Source of the DNA: Octopus sinensis
Lineage: Eukaryota
Length of the DNA: 64,000 nucleotides
Direction of reading: 5' to 3'
NCBI RefSeq assembly: GCF_006345805.1
Contig: NC_043007.1
Coordinates: 9,114,001-9,178,000, forward strand
The notes under the pieces were generated by a model that was not told the origin of the DNA, did not search any database, and worked only from the letters and a program-made list of their open reading frames with translations. The position numbers were made by a program, and so were the translations under genes. Of this stretch, positions 13,555 through 28,180 are shown piece after piece. The first letter of the stretch is position 1; each line of letters opens with the position of its first letter.

Positions 13555-15770
13555 CGAAAAGTGGAAGATCCCATCCTTTTCTCAACAACACTCACATGGA
13601 TGCCGAGGTGAAAATACAAAATTTCGTCACCATCAGTGCCGATCGTACAGACCGATAAAACAGGACATTTTTCTCCGTGACACCTCTGCAATTGATATCT
13701 AGGACATATTTTCCAACGTCTACTGTGAACCATATCATTATTCAACAAGACCGACGACGTAACCCTTGTTGCTCTCGATAGGCCTCCCCAAGCACCTCTA
13801 AAGTGCTCTGAAGTATGTCTCAACGAAATCAAGTCCTTCTTTCAAAAATACAACTCTGGAAACTTACTGGTGTTGGGTGACTTTAACCTCCCTTATGCAA
13901 TCTGACCTATGAACACTCTGAAGTTAGGCAACTGCATAACAGCAGACAAAGCAGCAGCAAAATTACTCTTTAATCTAATGGATGGTCAAACCAACAAGTT
14001 AGAATAAAATTATCTTGCACCTGTTATTAACAAACCACTCTAACTCCATTCACAGTATTTCAATTGAAAAGTTTCTCCTCCCGGGCATGGTACTTTAATT
14101 TCCGGCATACCAAAATCCACTCTTCTGCTCTTATTTGACAACATAAAGTTCCATAAAGCGGATTGTGGACTAATTAGAAGTCTTTTATCGACTGGTCTTT
14201 CACTCTCAGTTCCACTGACATTGAAACCACATGGCAGCGCTTTGAGGACGTTGTCACCTATATATGCTCAAAATAAGCATAGGACTGCTGTCACACCCGT
14301 TGGTCCACTGATCGATGATAACAGCATTCTCCCACATGATGCTAAAGAAACGGCAGAAGTGCTGCAAAAGCAATACTGCTCTCTATCTTTAGTGATCCCA
14401 CTGCTATTGACTTAAGGGATGTGAAGGTAGTCGATCCTCAACATATAATCTCAGACTTAACTTTTACTGCTTCAGACATCATAGCAGCAATAAATGAGAT
14501 CGAATACTATTCTGCTGTAGACCCTGATAGATTCATGCTAGTCTCCTGAAGAAATATAGACATCAATTTGCAATCCTTCAATCAGCCTCTGGAGAAATTC
14601 TTTAGACTCAGGTTATATACCGAAATAGCTCTTATCCCAATCTTTCACCCCGGTTTTCAAACAGAGTAACAGATCCCTTTCAGTCTACTATCTTCCATTC
14701 TCACACACCTCCATATCATCAAAGTGTTTGAAAGAATGGTGAGATCAAGGATAGCTGGCTTTCTGGAGAGTCATAATCTCCTAAATTTAGACCAGCATGG
14801 CTTTCGCTACGGCAGGGACTGTTTAATATAGCTCTTACACCACATCGATGATGTCCTTAAAGCCTTGGTATCAGGTTCGAACTCTGATATCATATATCTT
14901 GGCTTCAGTAAAGCGTTCGATAGAGTCGACCACAATATTCTGCTGTCGAAATTGCCAAATTAGAATCCGTGGAAAACTACTACACTGGATTGAATATTTC
15001 CTGAAGAACAGAAGAAAACATGTAATGATCCATGGAATCCACTCAAGCCTAGCAAAAGTCACCTGTGGTGTCCCTCGGGGATGTGTCTTGGCCCGCTTAT
15101 GTTTATTGTCATAAAACACAACAAAGTGAAAATATTCGCCGATGACACCAAGCTCCAGAAAATTATCAACGAAGTAAAAGACCGAACTGAACTCCAGTCT
15201 GATCTACACGCTGGCAGACAAAAACAAAATGCGACTAAGCGAAGAATAATTTAATTCATTTTGGTAACAAGTCTATGTTAAAATAACCATATGCTTTGTG
15301 AGTGGATTTGGTAGACGGAAACTGAAAGATGCCTGTCGTACATATGTATATATATATGTATGTGTGTGTATGTTTGTGTGTCTGTGTTTGTCCCCCCAAC
15401 ATCACTTGACAACCAATGCTGGTGTGTTTACGTCCCGTCACTTAGCGGTTCGGCAAAAAGAGACCGATAGAATAAGTACTGGGCTTACAAAGAATAAGTT
15501 CCGGGGTCGATTTACTCAACTAAAGGCGGTGCTCCAGCATGGCCGCAGTCAAATGACTGAAACAAGTAAAAGAGTAAAAGAGTAAAAGAGTATATACTCC
15601 TCCTTCATGGAAACCACTCACAACTTCTAATTAATATCAGAGACCTAAGAGTAATTAATTGTTGACAACCTCAGCTGGAGTGTCCGTATCAAAAATAAGG
15701 TCGATATAGCGTGTAGAACGAGCTTTTGGATCCTAAGAACATTCCCGTCCAGAGAATTTTTTAACTTTCA
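13555..15770 (+). mobile_element. CR1/L2-type LINE relic (APE endonuclease + RT), interrupted by a SINE at 15291-15590
   Basis: LVLGDFNLP at ~13867-13893; QHGFRYGRDC, FSKAFDRVDH, GVPRGCVL and IFADDTKL motifs; the reading continues after the SINE as DNLSWSVRIKNKV; frameshifted. Confidence 0.9.
15291..15590 (+). mobile_element. CORE-like SINE, 5'-truncated, nested in the LINE
   Basis: gtgagtggatttggtagacgg through aagagtaaaagag. Confidence 0.9.
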
Positions 15771-15930
15771 TTCTCAAAAGCATTTCGTTGCTTATTCCTT
15801 AACGAACGTTTAGAACAAGTGAACAGAAGTAAATATATGTGCCTTAAGATATTTCAAAAAAGGAAGAAAAATAAAGTTTTCAACTCACATTTTCATAAAT
15901 ATATATGTTTTCTTTGACAATATGCTATAT

Positions 15931-15975
<45 letters not shown>

Positions 15976-16134
15976 ATATATATATATAATATAATATAGC
16001 ATTGGCAAAGAAAACATTACTTTCCGTTATTTATAATTGTAATTATAATTTTCACCTTAAAGTATTTTTCACATGCTGGCCACAGATAAAATTTTTAATA
16101 AAACTTTATCCTTATATTAGAAGTACAGGCATAT

Positions 16135-16178
<44 letters not shown>

Positions 16179-16947
16179 GTATGTATATATGCATGTATGT
16201 ATCTATGTATGTAGGTGTGTTTCCGTGTGTGTATGTGCGTATATGTGTGTGCATATGTATATATATATGCATGTGTAATATGAGACATGAAGAAAATTAG
16301 ATATACGGAAAGAGATTACGAGCTGTGAATGAGGTGCTGGTGGGGAGAGAATCTGTTCCTATCCTGGACAAAATTTTATTTATCTTCACACCAGCGACAT
16401 AAGCCATTTAACATGTTTGATAAATCAATACTTTAAAACAATTAAGAACCCAAACTGAAGCACACACATATGCTACTCGTATTTGAAGAGCGACAAACAT
16501 ACGCATAATTCCATACATGCGTGTGTAAGTGTTTGTATATATGCATATCATTAAATATACATATATATATGAGTGTGTGAATTTGTATCTGTGTCTGTAT
16601 ATTTGTGCATGCGTATGTGCATATGTATACTTATATATATATATATACATACATATATATGTGTATGTATATGTTCATATATATATATATGTGCATATGT
16701 ATACATAGATGATAAATTATGCGAGTGTGTAGGGAGGGAAGTTGTGTTCTAGATGCATTTCATGAGATTCTAAAGCCACCTCATACGGTTTTCTATTTAT
16801 TTAAACGTCTGGAACCATATTTCCATAATACATTTCCAAATGTAAAAATATTTAAACAACAAATAGAAAAAAATCATTTAATAATCTTAATCTATTCATA
16901 TATCAACATTTTCTTTCCTCTGTGCAAAGAGAGACGATTGTAGGCAG

Positions 16948-16983
<36 letters not shown>

Positions 16984-17910
16984 GCACATACACTCACACA
17001 TGTTTATATATTATGCATGTATCGATGCATCTATATATTGTTGAGGCAAACCAAATTATTACAAAATATTTTCTACTGAAAATGAAGGAAAATAATACAA
17101 AAGAATTATAGTTATATTAGTATATACTGCAAGAATGCAGTACATACTAATATAACTGCAGTCTAACCTCGAATGAGGAATAACATTGGACAATTTAATA
17201 AAATATTGCATGTTTATTAAATTTTACAGAGGGGCAAAGAATTTTAAGCATGGAATATAGAAAAAGAAAAAAATGTGAAAATTGAAACAGACAATTGTGA
17301 AGTGAATGTGGATGTTAAATATTACAGTTTTAACACGTTTAGCAGTTGAGTTGGCCTTTTATTGTTGAGAGGTTAAAAGCCTGTGTGTGAATAGCTAAAA
17401 AATGTTTCCTGACCACAATCTTTGTAAAATTTTTATTATATTTGGTATGACATAATTAATACAAAATTTCTAATTTTCCGTAGCGAATATGTGTCCAATA
17501 TAAACAGAAATAAACTCTCAAATCAAGTAATAGAATTTAGTCTCCCACATGTATTCGTCAAATCAAAACGTACAAACATTGCAAAAATTCTTTGTTCGAA
17601 ATACGTCTGCTCCATAAGCAATTTTAATTTGATTTCCCTGTTTATGCGCATCAGGTTCGAAGAGCTAAGTATTCTAAAACCATTCACTTCATGACATTTC
17701 GTAGAAAATCGGCAGGAGTGAACTCTCTTGCATTTGCAAAGTTTGCTAAAACAATATTTCAACAATATACATGCATAAATACATAGATACAAACACACAC
17801 ACACACACACACACTCATACAACCAGAGGTATGGTGTGTGTATGTACGTATGCTGCTATAGAGAGACTCACAAAGACATGGACAGCAATTCTTACCCTTA
17901 CGAACATACA

Positions 17911-17959
<49 letters not shown>

Positions 17960-17965
17960 TATATA

Positions 17966-18186
17966 TAACGGGAAGCTTTATGAAAATAAACAAAAGACGA
18001 AGGCAGGTGGAATACAAACAAACAATTGTATTAGTATGGCGCTCAGGAATATAAATAAAACAAATCTTTTACGTTTCGAGCCTACGCTCTTCAACAGAAA
18101 GATACACAGAAAAGAAACACGGAGAGAAACAAGGAGAGAGAAAAAATGCATGCAAAAGCTAGCGAATCAACATGGCATTAATACAT

Positions 18187-18220
<34 letters not shown>

Positions 18221-18600
18221 GTGTGTGTATGTATTTAATTATGTATGTATGTATGTATGTATGTATGTATGTATGTATGTATGTATGTATGACATATGTT
18301 TCAGGGACAAAGCTTCCATTAACTCTAAAATAATTCCGTTGCTTTCATTGCTTTGAACCTTTATTTAAATCTCTGATGCAACCCGGTCTACATCGCCTGT
18401 ACGGTTGAAATGTTTCAAGTGACTGATCTTATTGCAATTATCTCCCATTCTTTGCAATTCTTTTTCAGATTGTTACCACATCGAGTGGGAGGATCTGCTC
18501 ACTAATTGCTTTGATATTCTCAGCTGGTCGCAGACTTTCAGCTCATTAAAACGACTTATGTTACGCCGTACCCTGTTTGTAAAAATAAATCTTCTCGTAT
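17966..18600 (-). mobile_element. Penelope-like 3' relic with a decayed HHR, split by a microsatellite
   Basis: Minus strand SLRPAENIKAI...FRVNGSFVPET resembles the region before GIY-YIG; the tail carries an HHR-like motif. Confidence 0.45.
18066..18101 (-). ncRNA. Decayed minimal hammerhead motif
   Basis: CUUU CUG[UUG]AAGA GCGUAGGCUC GAA ACGU A AAAG; 4-bp stem I intact, but a 3-nt insertion breaks the CUGANGA core. Confidence 0.55.
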
Positions 18601-18639
18601 AGCGATGTATTATTAACCTTATCTCTGGTCACCGTATGT

Positions 18640-18692
18640 ATTTATTACTTTCATTATTATTATATTAGATTATTATTATTATTATATTATTA

Positions 18693-18727
<35 letters not shown>

Positions 18728-19385
18728 TACTATTGTTATTATATTATTATCATTATTATTATTATTATTATATTATTATTATTACTATATATTACTATTA
18801 TATTATTATTATTATTATTATAGATTATTATATCTATTATTATTATCATGTATTATTATTATCATTATTAATATTATTATTTTTTATTATTATTACTATT
18901 ATTATTATATTAGTTATTAATATTATATATTATTATTATTCTATAATTATTATTTATTATTATTATATTATTATTATATCTATATTATTATCATGTTATT
19001 ATTATTATCATTATTAATATTATTATTTTTTATTATTATTATTATATTATTATTATTATTAATATTATTAATATTATATTATTACTATCATTATTCTTAT
19101 TATTATTATTTTATTATTATTATTATTATTATCCTAATATTATTATTATTATTAGTATATTATCATCATTATTATTATATTATTATTCTATTATCATCAT
19201 CATTATTTTATTATTATTATTATCATTATTATCATTATATATATCATCATCATTATATTATTATCATCATCATATTATTATCATCATTATTATATTATTA
19301 TTATTATAGTATATCATCATATCATTTATTATTATTATTATTATTATTATTATATTATTATATATTATTATATTATATCTCTTAA
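18640..19385. repeat. Imperfect (TAT)n tract
   Basis: Direct reading. Confidence 0.95.
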
Positions 19386-19530
19386 TACATTTGTCATTGT
19401 AATCTTAATTAACCTGTTAGTTTTCTCTACTTACAGACAATCATCCCTTATCTCTGAAAGCATTTTATATCTTGCCCCTCTCTATTTCAGCCAGCCACCT
19501 ATTCACATAGACATTTCCGAACAAATCAAT

Positions 19531-19632
19531 ACTTATCTCGCGAGATAAGTTAATTTCGCTCACTAAACATCAAAGGTAAACTGATGTCTGTGTTTCCTTG
19601 CAAGTGTCGTAAATACGAAGGATTTACGACAC
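19531..19632. promoter_or_regulatory. Candidate cis-regulatory motif cluster
   Basis: Perfect 20-bp palindrome acttatctcgcgagataagt (two inverted AGATAAG), acatcaaagg at 19567, and an 11-bp-stem hairpin gtgtcgtaaat/atttacgacac at 19604-19632. Confidence 0.35.
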
Positions 19633-20069
19633 TCGATAATACCTAGAAGACGTCTTTTTTTAAATATATTGATGTCACGTGTGTTGCGCATACATACATG
19701 CATACATACATGAATACATACATACATACAGACACGCACAAACATACATATGTATGTATATGCGTGTGTGTGTGTATGAGTGTGTATTTATATACATACA
19801 TACATACATGTATATACGTATTTATAAATGCACATATATATATACATATGCATATCTATACATACATAGATACATATATATATATAGATAGATAGAGAGA
19901 TAGATATACATACATATGTATATATATTCGTATGTAAATAAATATAAAATATATTTTTTCTTGCATATAATCATAAATATAAATATTTATGTGTACATGT
20001 GTGTTTGTATGTATGTATGTATGTATGTATGTATGTATGTTAGTATGTATGTATGTATGTATCTATCTA

Positions 20070-20100
<31 letters not shown>

Positions 20101-20412
20101 ACCACTTATATGCATATATTTATTTAAGTCTCTCTCTTTGTCTCCCTCTTCCTCTCTCCTTCGTCTCCATCTTCGTCTCTCACTCTCTCTCTCCCTCTCT
20201 CTCCCTCACCCCTCTCTCTATATATATATGCATATATATATATATACATACACACGCGATATATATATATCTATTTATTCATATATATCAAACTACGTAC
20301 CGTGTATATATATATATATATATACATACATATTTATATATACATATATACATATATGTTTGTATATTAAGCACAAATATATATATATTTATATATGTAT
20401 GGATATATATGT

Positions 20413-20443
<31 letters not shown>

Positions 20444-20704
20444 TATATGATATATATATATATATATTCATAAACGTATTCTATTTTTATATTTTAATTT
20501 CATACAATTTCATACATATGACCGTGTTCCACTATATTTATTTTTCTGCTACTGCAAATACTACTGCTGCATCATCAACAACACCATCATTAGTAGAATC
20601 ATCATCATCTTTCTTATCTTCTTATTTATTTTTTCTTTCTTCTTCTTCTTCTTCTTCTTCTCTTCTTCTTCTTCTTCTTCTTCTTCTTCTTCTTCTTCTA
20701 TTCC

Positions 20705-21225
20705 TGGATCAGGCGCGGCGTTGTGTTTTTGAGCAAAAATTTTCATTTTACCGCGCCGCATTCCACTCAGCTATAAATGAGTATGCGCATGATGGAATGG
20801 CGTCCAGCTTCAGATGGAGTTTCGCGAACACCGTCGAGATAGAATAACCCCAGGTGCTGTCCAGAATTTTAGGATAATAATAGACAAGAGTAACAGATAA
20901 ATAATAGTGACTGTTTCTCTCTAGAAACTTGGAGAGCTATAAAAATCGCCGCAAAATATTTACCATTCCAATGTAAGTTCCGAATCAACATTTTTCAGTT
21001 GCTGCTTCAACTAATTAATTAATTAGTCACTCTGTAGTTGATTTCTCTGCGAATGCTCGTAGTTGAGTGGTTAGGGGTATTCGATTCACGATCGTAAGGT
21101 CATGAGTTCAATTCTCCGCGGAGTGTTATGTCCTTGATCAAGATGCTCTATTCCCCATGTTCCAGAGCACTCAGCTGGCAAAAATGAGTTGTACCTGTAT
21201 TTCAAAGGGGCAGCCTTGTCACATT
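20705..21225 (+). mobile_element. Two decayed SINE fragments (20705-20830, 21050-21225)
   Basis: ccactcagctataaatgag and cactcagctggcaaaaatgagttgtacctgtatttcaaagg modules. Confidence 0.6.
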
Positions 21226-21489
21226 TTGTTTAACGGACCAACAGGAGCGCTTGTCATCGTAACTGACCAGAGTACCATTATACGGGCTTCCTATACTTAC
21301 GAAATCACCTCAATATTGAAAAACTGCCCGATGTTACAGTATATCGTTTATCATCTACCAAATATATTTCATGACGTTTCAATGTGATTTATCGTCAATA
21401 ATATATTAGTTTCAAATTTTTGCACAAAATTAGCAAGTTTCAGGAAGTGGGTAAGTTCATACATCCACCACAGTGCTCAGCTGTATATT

Positions 21490-21840
21490 TTACTCTCTTG
21501 CACTAGTTTCAGCTATTTCACTGCGGCCGTGCCGGAGCAACGCCTAAGTCGAGCAAATCGATTCCAGGACTTATTCTTTGTAAGCGTAGTACTTATTCTA
21601 TCGGTCTCTTTTGCTGAACTTCTAAGTTACGGAGACGTAAACACACCAGCATCGGTTGTCAAGCGATGTTGTGGGACAAACACAGACACACACACATATA
21701 TATATATATACGACGGGCTTCTCTCAGTTTCCGTCTACCAAATCCCCTCACAAGGCTTTGGTCGGCATGTGGCTATAGTAGAAGACACTTGCCCAAGGTG
21801 CCACGCAGTGGGACTGAACCCGGACCATGTGGTTAGTAAG
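21490..21840 (-). mobile_element. CORE-like SINE
   Basis: Reverse complement of the 12263 family. Confidence 0.9.
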
Positions 21841-21851
21841 AATGTACATTA

Positions 21852-22930
21852 AAAAGGCAGCAAGCAGGCGGAATCGTTAGCACGTCAGGCAAAATGCTCA
21901 ATGGCATTTCGTCAGTCGTTATATTCTGAGTTCAAATCCCTTCAAAGTTGAATTTGGATTTAAAACTTTTTTAGTCGATAAAATAAGTGCCAGTCATAGA
22001 CTGATGGCGATAAAATCGACTGAACCCCTCCCTCAAAATTTCAGCCCTTGTCCCTATACTAGAAAGGCTTATATGAAGTCGGTGAGCAGGGAGAAACTTT
22101 AGCACGCCGAGCGAAATACTTTTCGTATTTCGTCTGTCTTTACGTTCTTGGTTCAAATTCCGCCGAGGCCGACTTTGCTTTTTATCCTTTCGGGGTCGAT
22201 AAATTAAATACCATTTACGCATTGGGGTCGATGTAATCGACTTAATCCCTTTGTCTGTCTTTGTCTGTCCCCTCTATGTTTAGCTCCTTGTGGGCAGCAA
22301 ATAAATAAGAAACATTAGCACGCCGGGCGAAATGCTTAGCGTATTTCGTCTGTCTTTACGTTCTGAGTTCAAATTCCGCCGAAGTCGACTTTGCTTTTCA
22401 TCCTTTCGGGGTTGATAAATTAAGTACCAGTTCCGTACTGGAGTCGATCTAATCGATTGGCCCGCTCCCCCCAAAATTTCGGGTCTTGTGCCTAGAGCAG
22501 AAAAGTATCATCAGCTCGCCGGGAAAAATGCTTAGTGGCACTTCGTCTTAACGTTTTGAGTTCAAACTCCTCCGACTTTCACATTCCCGTCATTCTTTGG
22601 AAGGTCTATAAAATAAGTACCAGTTGAGAAAAGGGGTCGATGTAATCGACTTAGCTCTTACTTTAAAAGTTCAGGCCTTGTGGCCACAGAAGAAAGGAAC
22701 GTTAGTATTATTGAAGGCGGCAAACTACAAGTCTCGTTAACACGCCAGGCAAAACACTTAGCCGCATTTTGTCCATCTTTACGTTCTAAGTACAAAATTC
22801 CGTCGAGGTCAACTTTTCACCCTTTTAATCGTCGATAAAATAAGTACAAGCTGTGCACCGGGATCGATGAAATTAACTTACTCCCTCCTCGAAATTGCTG
22901 GCATTGTGTTAAAATTTGAAACCAATATTT
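21852..22930 (+). mobile_element. Five head-to-tail family A SINE copies
   Basis: Units start near 21852, 22073, 22309, 22511 and 22713; each has ttagcacgcc...gttcaaattcc...gtcgataaa...aagtacc or a diverged form. Confidence 0.85.
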
Positions 22931-23493
22931 GGCTTTGAATTGCTTTAGTCTATATATCTGTTATTGCTGTTGTTGCTCTTCTTTTTCTTCCTGTCGTCAA
23001 ACCTAATCTTAATGAAATAAACAGAGGTACGGTCAGAAGTAATAATGGAAGTTTGTGTCGCTATCAAAATACTTGAAACAAAAGCGTTTAATTTGTCGTG
23101 CGATTTTGCTAGACCCCATTCAACAGCAAAAATTTGGATGAATACATGAACGCAAGATGGCCAGCTGAGTTGCTAACTTCTTGAAAAGACGATTGTCCAG
23201 TTTGGAGCTTCGTGTCTGTGAAACTGTTATATAGAGAGACGGTACCTACAGCATCAACTAATGAGGTTATATTGTGCAGGATTGCGTGAGTTGGCTCCTG
23301 CTAAACAGTTTGTGCGTGAGATGTGACTCGAGCATGAAAAAGTTGGCAATGATTTCTATGTATTTTACACACAGAGATATACAGTCACAGACTCACAGAC
23401 ACACACACACACACACACCCGTACAGACTCATATACGGACACACATAACGATTTAATAGAAGATTTTCAGATTTAGGATTTGATAATACACAT

Positions 23494-23552
<59 letters not shown>

Positions 23553-23929
23553 CACAAAGAGAATGAAAGACACATACGCACACACTCCTACATATATACA
23601 GATAAAGACTGACAGGTGCGCGCGTAAAAACACACGCGTGCACACACAGACAGAGACATATATATATATAGAAATGCAAATCTGTTTGTGTGCATTTGTA
23701 TATTATGTATTCCCATAGTTTATAAATGACAAATGAGTCAATATGTAAAGAGTAGAGACGAAGTGGTTACCTCTAAGTTATTGCATTGGTAATGTTTATA
23801 ATTATGTATAGACATAAATATATAGAAATTAAATGAAAAGCCACAAATAAACACAGGGACAGAAAAAAAAGAGAGATGAAAAAACAAAAAAAAACAAACA
23901 GTGTGTATGCTGAAGACCAGATTAATGTG

Positions 23930-24106
23930 TGTATGTGCGTGTGTATGTAATGTTTATATATATATGTAGATATATATATATATATAGATATATATATGTA
24001 TATATATATATATATGTATATATATGTAATAGTATACTATATATGTATGTATGTATATATATATATATATGCATATATATATGTATATAATAAATACATA
24101 CATATA

Positions 24107-24146
<40 letters not shown>

Positions 24147-24199
24147 TATATATATACATGTATATATATACACACACATATATATATACATATGTATAC

Positions 24200-24236
<37 letters not shown>

Positions 24237-24550
24237 ATATATATACATATATATATATGTAGTGTGTGTGTTGTGTATATATATGTTTATATAACATGTG
24301 TATGTGTATCTATACATGTATATATTATTATATAATGTAACAAATATATTCATGTATATACGTATATATACATGTATGAATATATATGTACATAAGCAAA
24401 TATTTTTATACGTAAATATATTATATATAGAAATACATATATATACATATATATATGTATATATATATATATACATATATACATATATACATATGTAAGG
24501 AAATATATATATGTGTCTGTTTGTGTGTGAGTGTGTGTTTGTGTGTGTGT
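23930..24550. repeat. Degenerate (TA)n/(TACA)n tract
   Basis: Direct reading. Confidence 0.95.
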
Positions 24551-25463
24551 ACACACAAACGCACAAACACAACGTATATATTCGTTGTGTATTTGTGTTA
24601 TCAACTCAATCTGAATATGTCTGCATCTAAATTATTTGACCATTAGATTACCTGACAGTGCGGCTTGTTGACCTTTCGTTTTAAGATATGTCTATTATGA
24701 GTTTCATCAGCGATATTGACATCAAACAGAGGGGTGGAGTCCTGACTTGTGACGTGTATATTCATTTCTAAATAGCATAAATTGGTAATTGATGCTAAAA
24801 TTTCTGTGAGTAGGGATAGAAATCAGCTCCCCGTTGTTTACGTGCCATAGAAATCTCCGTGTTAGCGGGTACATCACGTGAACTATAGCAGGGAGATAAA
24901 GCAAGAGAGCTGTCCGATATTTCTAAATGTATGTATATATGTATGAGTGTATATATATGTATGTATGTATGCATGTGTATATACATGTTTGCATGCATAT
25001 ATGTATGTATGTATGTATCTTTGTATGAATGTTCTATATCTGCATGTATGTATGTGTGTATGTGTGCAAGCATCCATGCATGTACGTATATGTATGTATG
25101 TATGTATGCATGTATGAATGTATATACATGTGAATATATGTATGTATGTAAGTACGTGAGGATGCATGTATTTGTGTAGTTATGTATGTATGTATATATG
25201 AATGTACGTATATATGTATGTATGTATGAATGTGTCATTATTCAGCTTACTTCAAGATTTCTTGCCAATAGAGAAAGAATCGGTTTCTAACCTACAACAT
25301 CAACGGGGAATCATTGTTGGTATATATATGTGTATGTATGTTCAGTTTTGTATATCTTATGTATGTATTCTCATGCATACATTTGCATATCTAGACATGC
25401 TCATCTATATTTAAATGATACACAGCTGGATGTATGTATACGTGTTTGTAAGTCTGAATATAC

Positions 25464-25494
<31 letters not shown>

Positions 25495-25655
25495 TGTATG
25501 TATGTATGTTGTATGTATGTACGCTAGTATCTATATAAGTATGTACACATGTATGTATGTATGTATGTATGCATATATATATATGTCTATGAATTAAATG
25601 ACAATCGGTGAGCATACATCTTTCTCGCATTCAATCTTTGTTCTCACTGTATTTT

Positions 25656-25707
<52 letters not shown>

Positions 25708-25744
25708 TATATATATATATGTATGTATTCTTTATCAATCTAAT

Positions 25745-26090
25745 GTCTCTTTGCAATGGACGGATAGGTGTCCGCATCTTGTTTGTTGTTACCACAACGT
25801 TTCGGCCTTGTACTCTCCAGCTTTCATCACGTCTTGCGGTGGATTTTCGAGCGTAAGCCATTATTTGACTAATCTAGTGCTCTGTTCGTATTCCTAACGT
25901 ATTCTTTTTTGCTGATGATATTTTTATTCTTTTGATATTAGTTCCAAAGTCCCTGCCTAGGATTAAACTCTGGATCCAAGGGTTAGTAGTACCTTATATG
26001 CCTGTAGTGAAGAGTATATCACCTGAAATTCTGTGGTAACCACAAACAAGGTGAGGACATCTATCAGTTCATTGTAAATATTGTACATAA
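25745..26090. mobile_element. Old inverted pair of PLE-tail-like segments with a decayed HHR at 25792-25834 (-)
   Basis: The reverse complement of 25745-25797 matches 26035-26090 (tgtggtaac.acaaacaag.tg.ggaca.ctatc); minus-strand motif AGAC GUGAUGA...CC GAA ACGU U GUGG. Confidence 0.5.
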
Positions 26091-26336
26091 TAGTGTTTTT
26101 TCCTTTGCGTACCCATGGCTCCTACATCTTCAACAGTACCTGGCCCTGGGTTTCTCTTGGATATCAGTCTGTTATCTTCGTTTCAAAGTCGAACGGAAAG
26201 TCATTTTACACTCATTTCATTTTATTGCAATCACTGATGTTTTAATTGTAATCGTATGAAAGCCGTTGTGGTATTAATTATTACGATAATTAATATAGAT
26301 TATTTGACTAAAATCATAAACAGTCGTTTCCTTTCA

Positions 26337-26750
<414 letters not shown>

Positions 26751-28140
26751 ATTGTATACAAGAAGTAGCAGAAGATGACAGAAGAGAAAAATATGGAGAG
26801 GACAAGAAGAAGAGGAGGAGGAGAGGGAAGAGAAGGGAAGAGGGGGAGTGAACAAGAAGAAAAAGAACAAAAGCAAAAGAACGAAAAAGTAAAGAATGGG
26901 ATAAAGCTTAAAGATGGCAAAGACAAACTTGAGGTTCACTGAAGACACAGGAAGGTAATATGTACAGGATTAAAATTCCGAGCCGAAACACTCTCTCATT
27001 CACTCACGAGTGAATGAGTGCGAAGGAAGGAATGAATATGGTCGAAAGAAATCGTGTAACGACATCATGGTCGTCAAAGTAATCTCATTGTGCGACTTAT
27101 AAGTCTGATGTATTTATGCTTTTAGAGACCGTCTTAACCTAGGCGCTGTTAAAAAAAATATTTCAATTTTTAATTATAATTTTCAACATTTAATAATGAG
27201 TTGAGACAATTAAATCACACACACACACGTCCACATACCCCCTCCCCACACACATATTTCATAAGAGATACACAGAAGCACGCACACATACATTTACACA
27301 CATACACATATGGACACTTATATACAAGCAAACATGCATACACGGATATGGAGTCCCTTGATTAATTAAATTTCTAGTTATTGTTCAATAATTATAAAAT
27401 CATTCACAACAAAAGCCACATCAGCTATTCGTTTTCTACATTTTGAGATGGAATAATTCAAAGAACGGCGCCAGGTTATTGATTTGTTGATTCAGGCATT
27501 GAATTCTGGGTGTTAATCTTTAATCCAGTTTTGAAATTATTCAATTTGAACATTTCTTTCAATGTCCCTCACTAAGTACATGAAAAGGTGAAACAATAGA
27601 ATTATTATTATATATAGCTATAGATTCTGGTTTTAGCTATGGAGTCTGGAATTTATGCATAGATATGCTGGGTTTTATTTGTATCTGCTCTACACCTCCC
27701 CCGCATCTTTCACTCACGCTTTTGTAATCATAGCTCAATGCTTGCAGTCACAGGACGGCACACGCTCACACACAGAGGCGCAAACACACGCACACTGATA
27801 CTCGCATACCATAGCACACACATGCACACAGAGTACTCTCTTTCCTTTTAAAATTACATATTCTATATCTCTCCAACTTTCCATCGGTTTATATTTCGGC
27901 CATATAAAAATCAATTTTACTTTTTCTGCGGAGTATCTGCTACTTTTCCAACATCTTTTCTGGAATCTTTTTCCCTCTATCCGACCAAGCTCGAAACTTC
28001 ATTTCCAATCCTATATTTTCCCAGAGCCTCAATCTCATATATTCATATACTGACGTTTCCTGCTCTTTTTTTTTTAATTCATCATGTGCATATATGTATA
28101 TACATGTATAATATATATATATATATATATATATAATATA

Positions 28141-28180
<40 letters not shown>

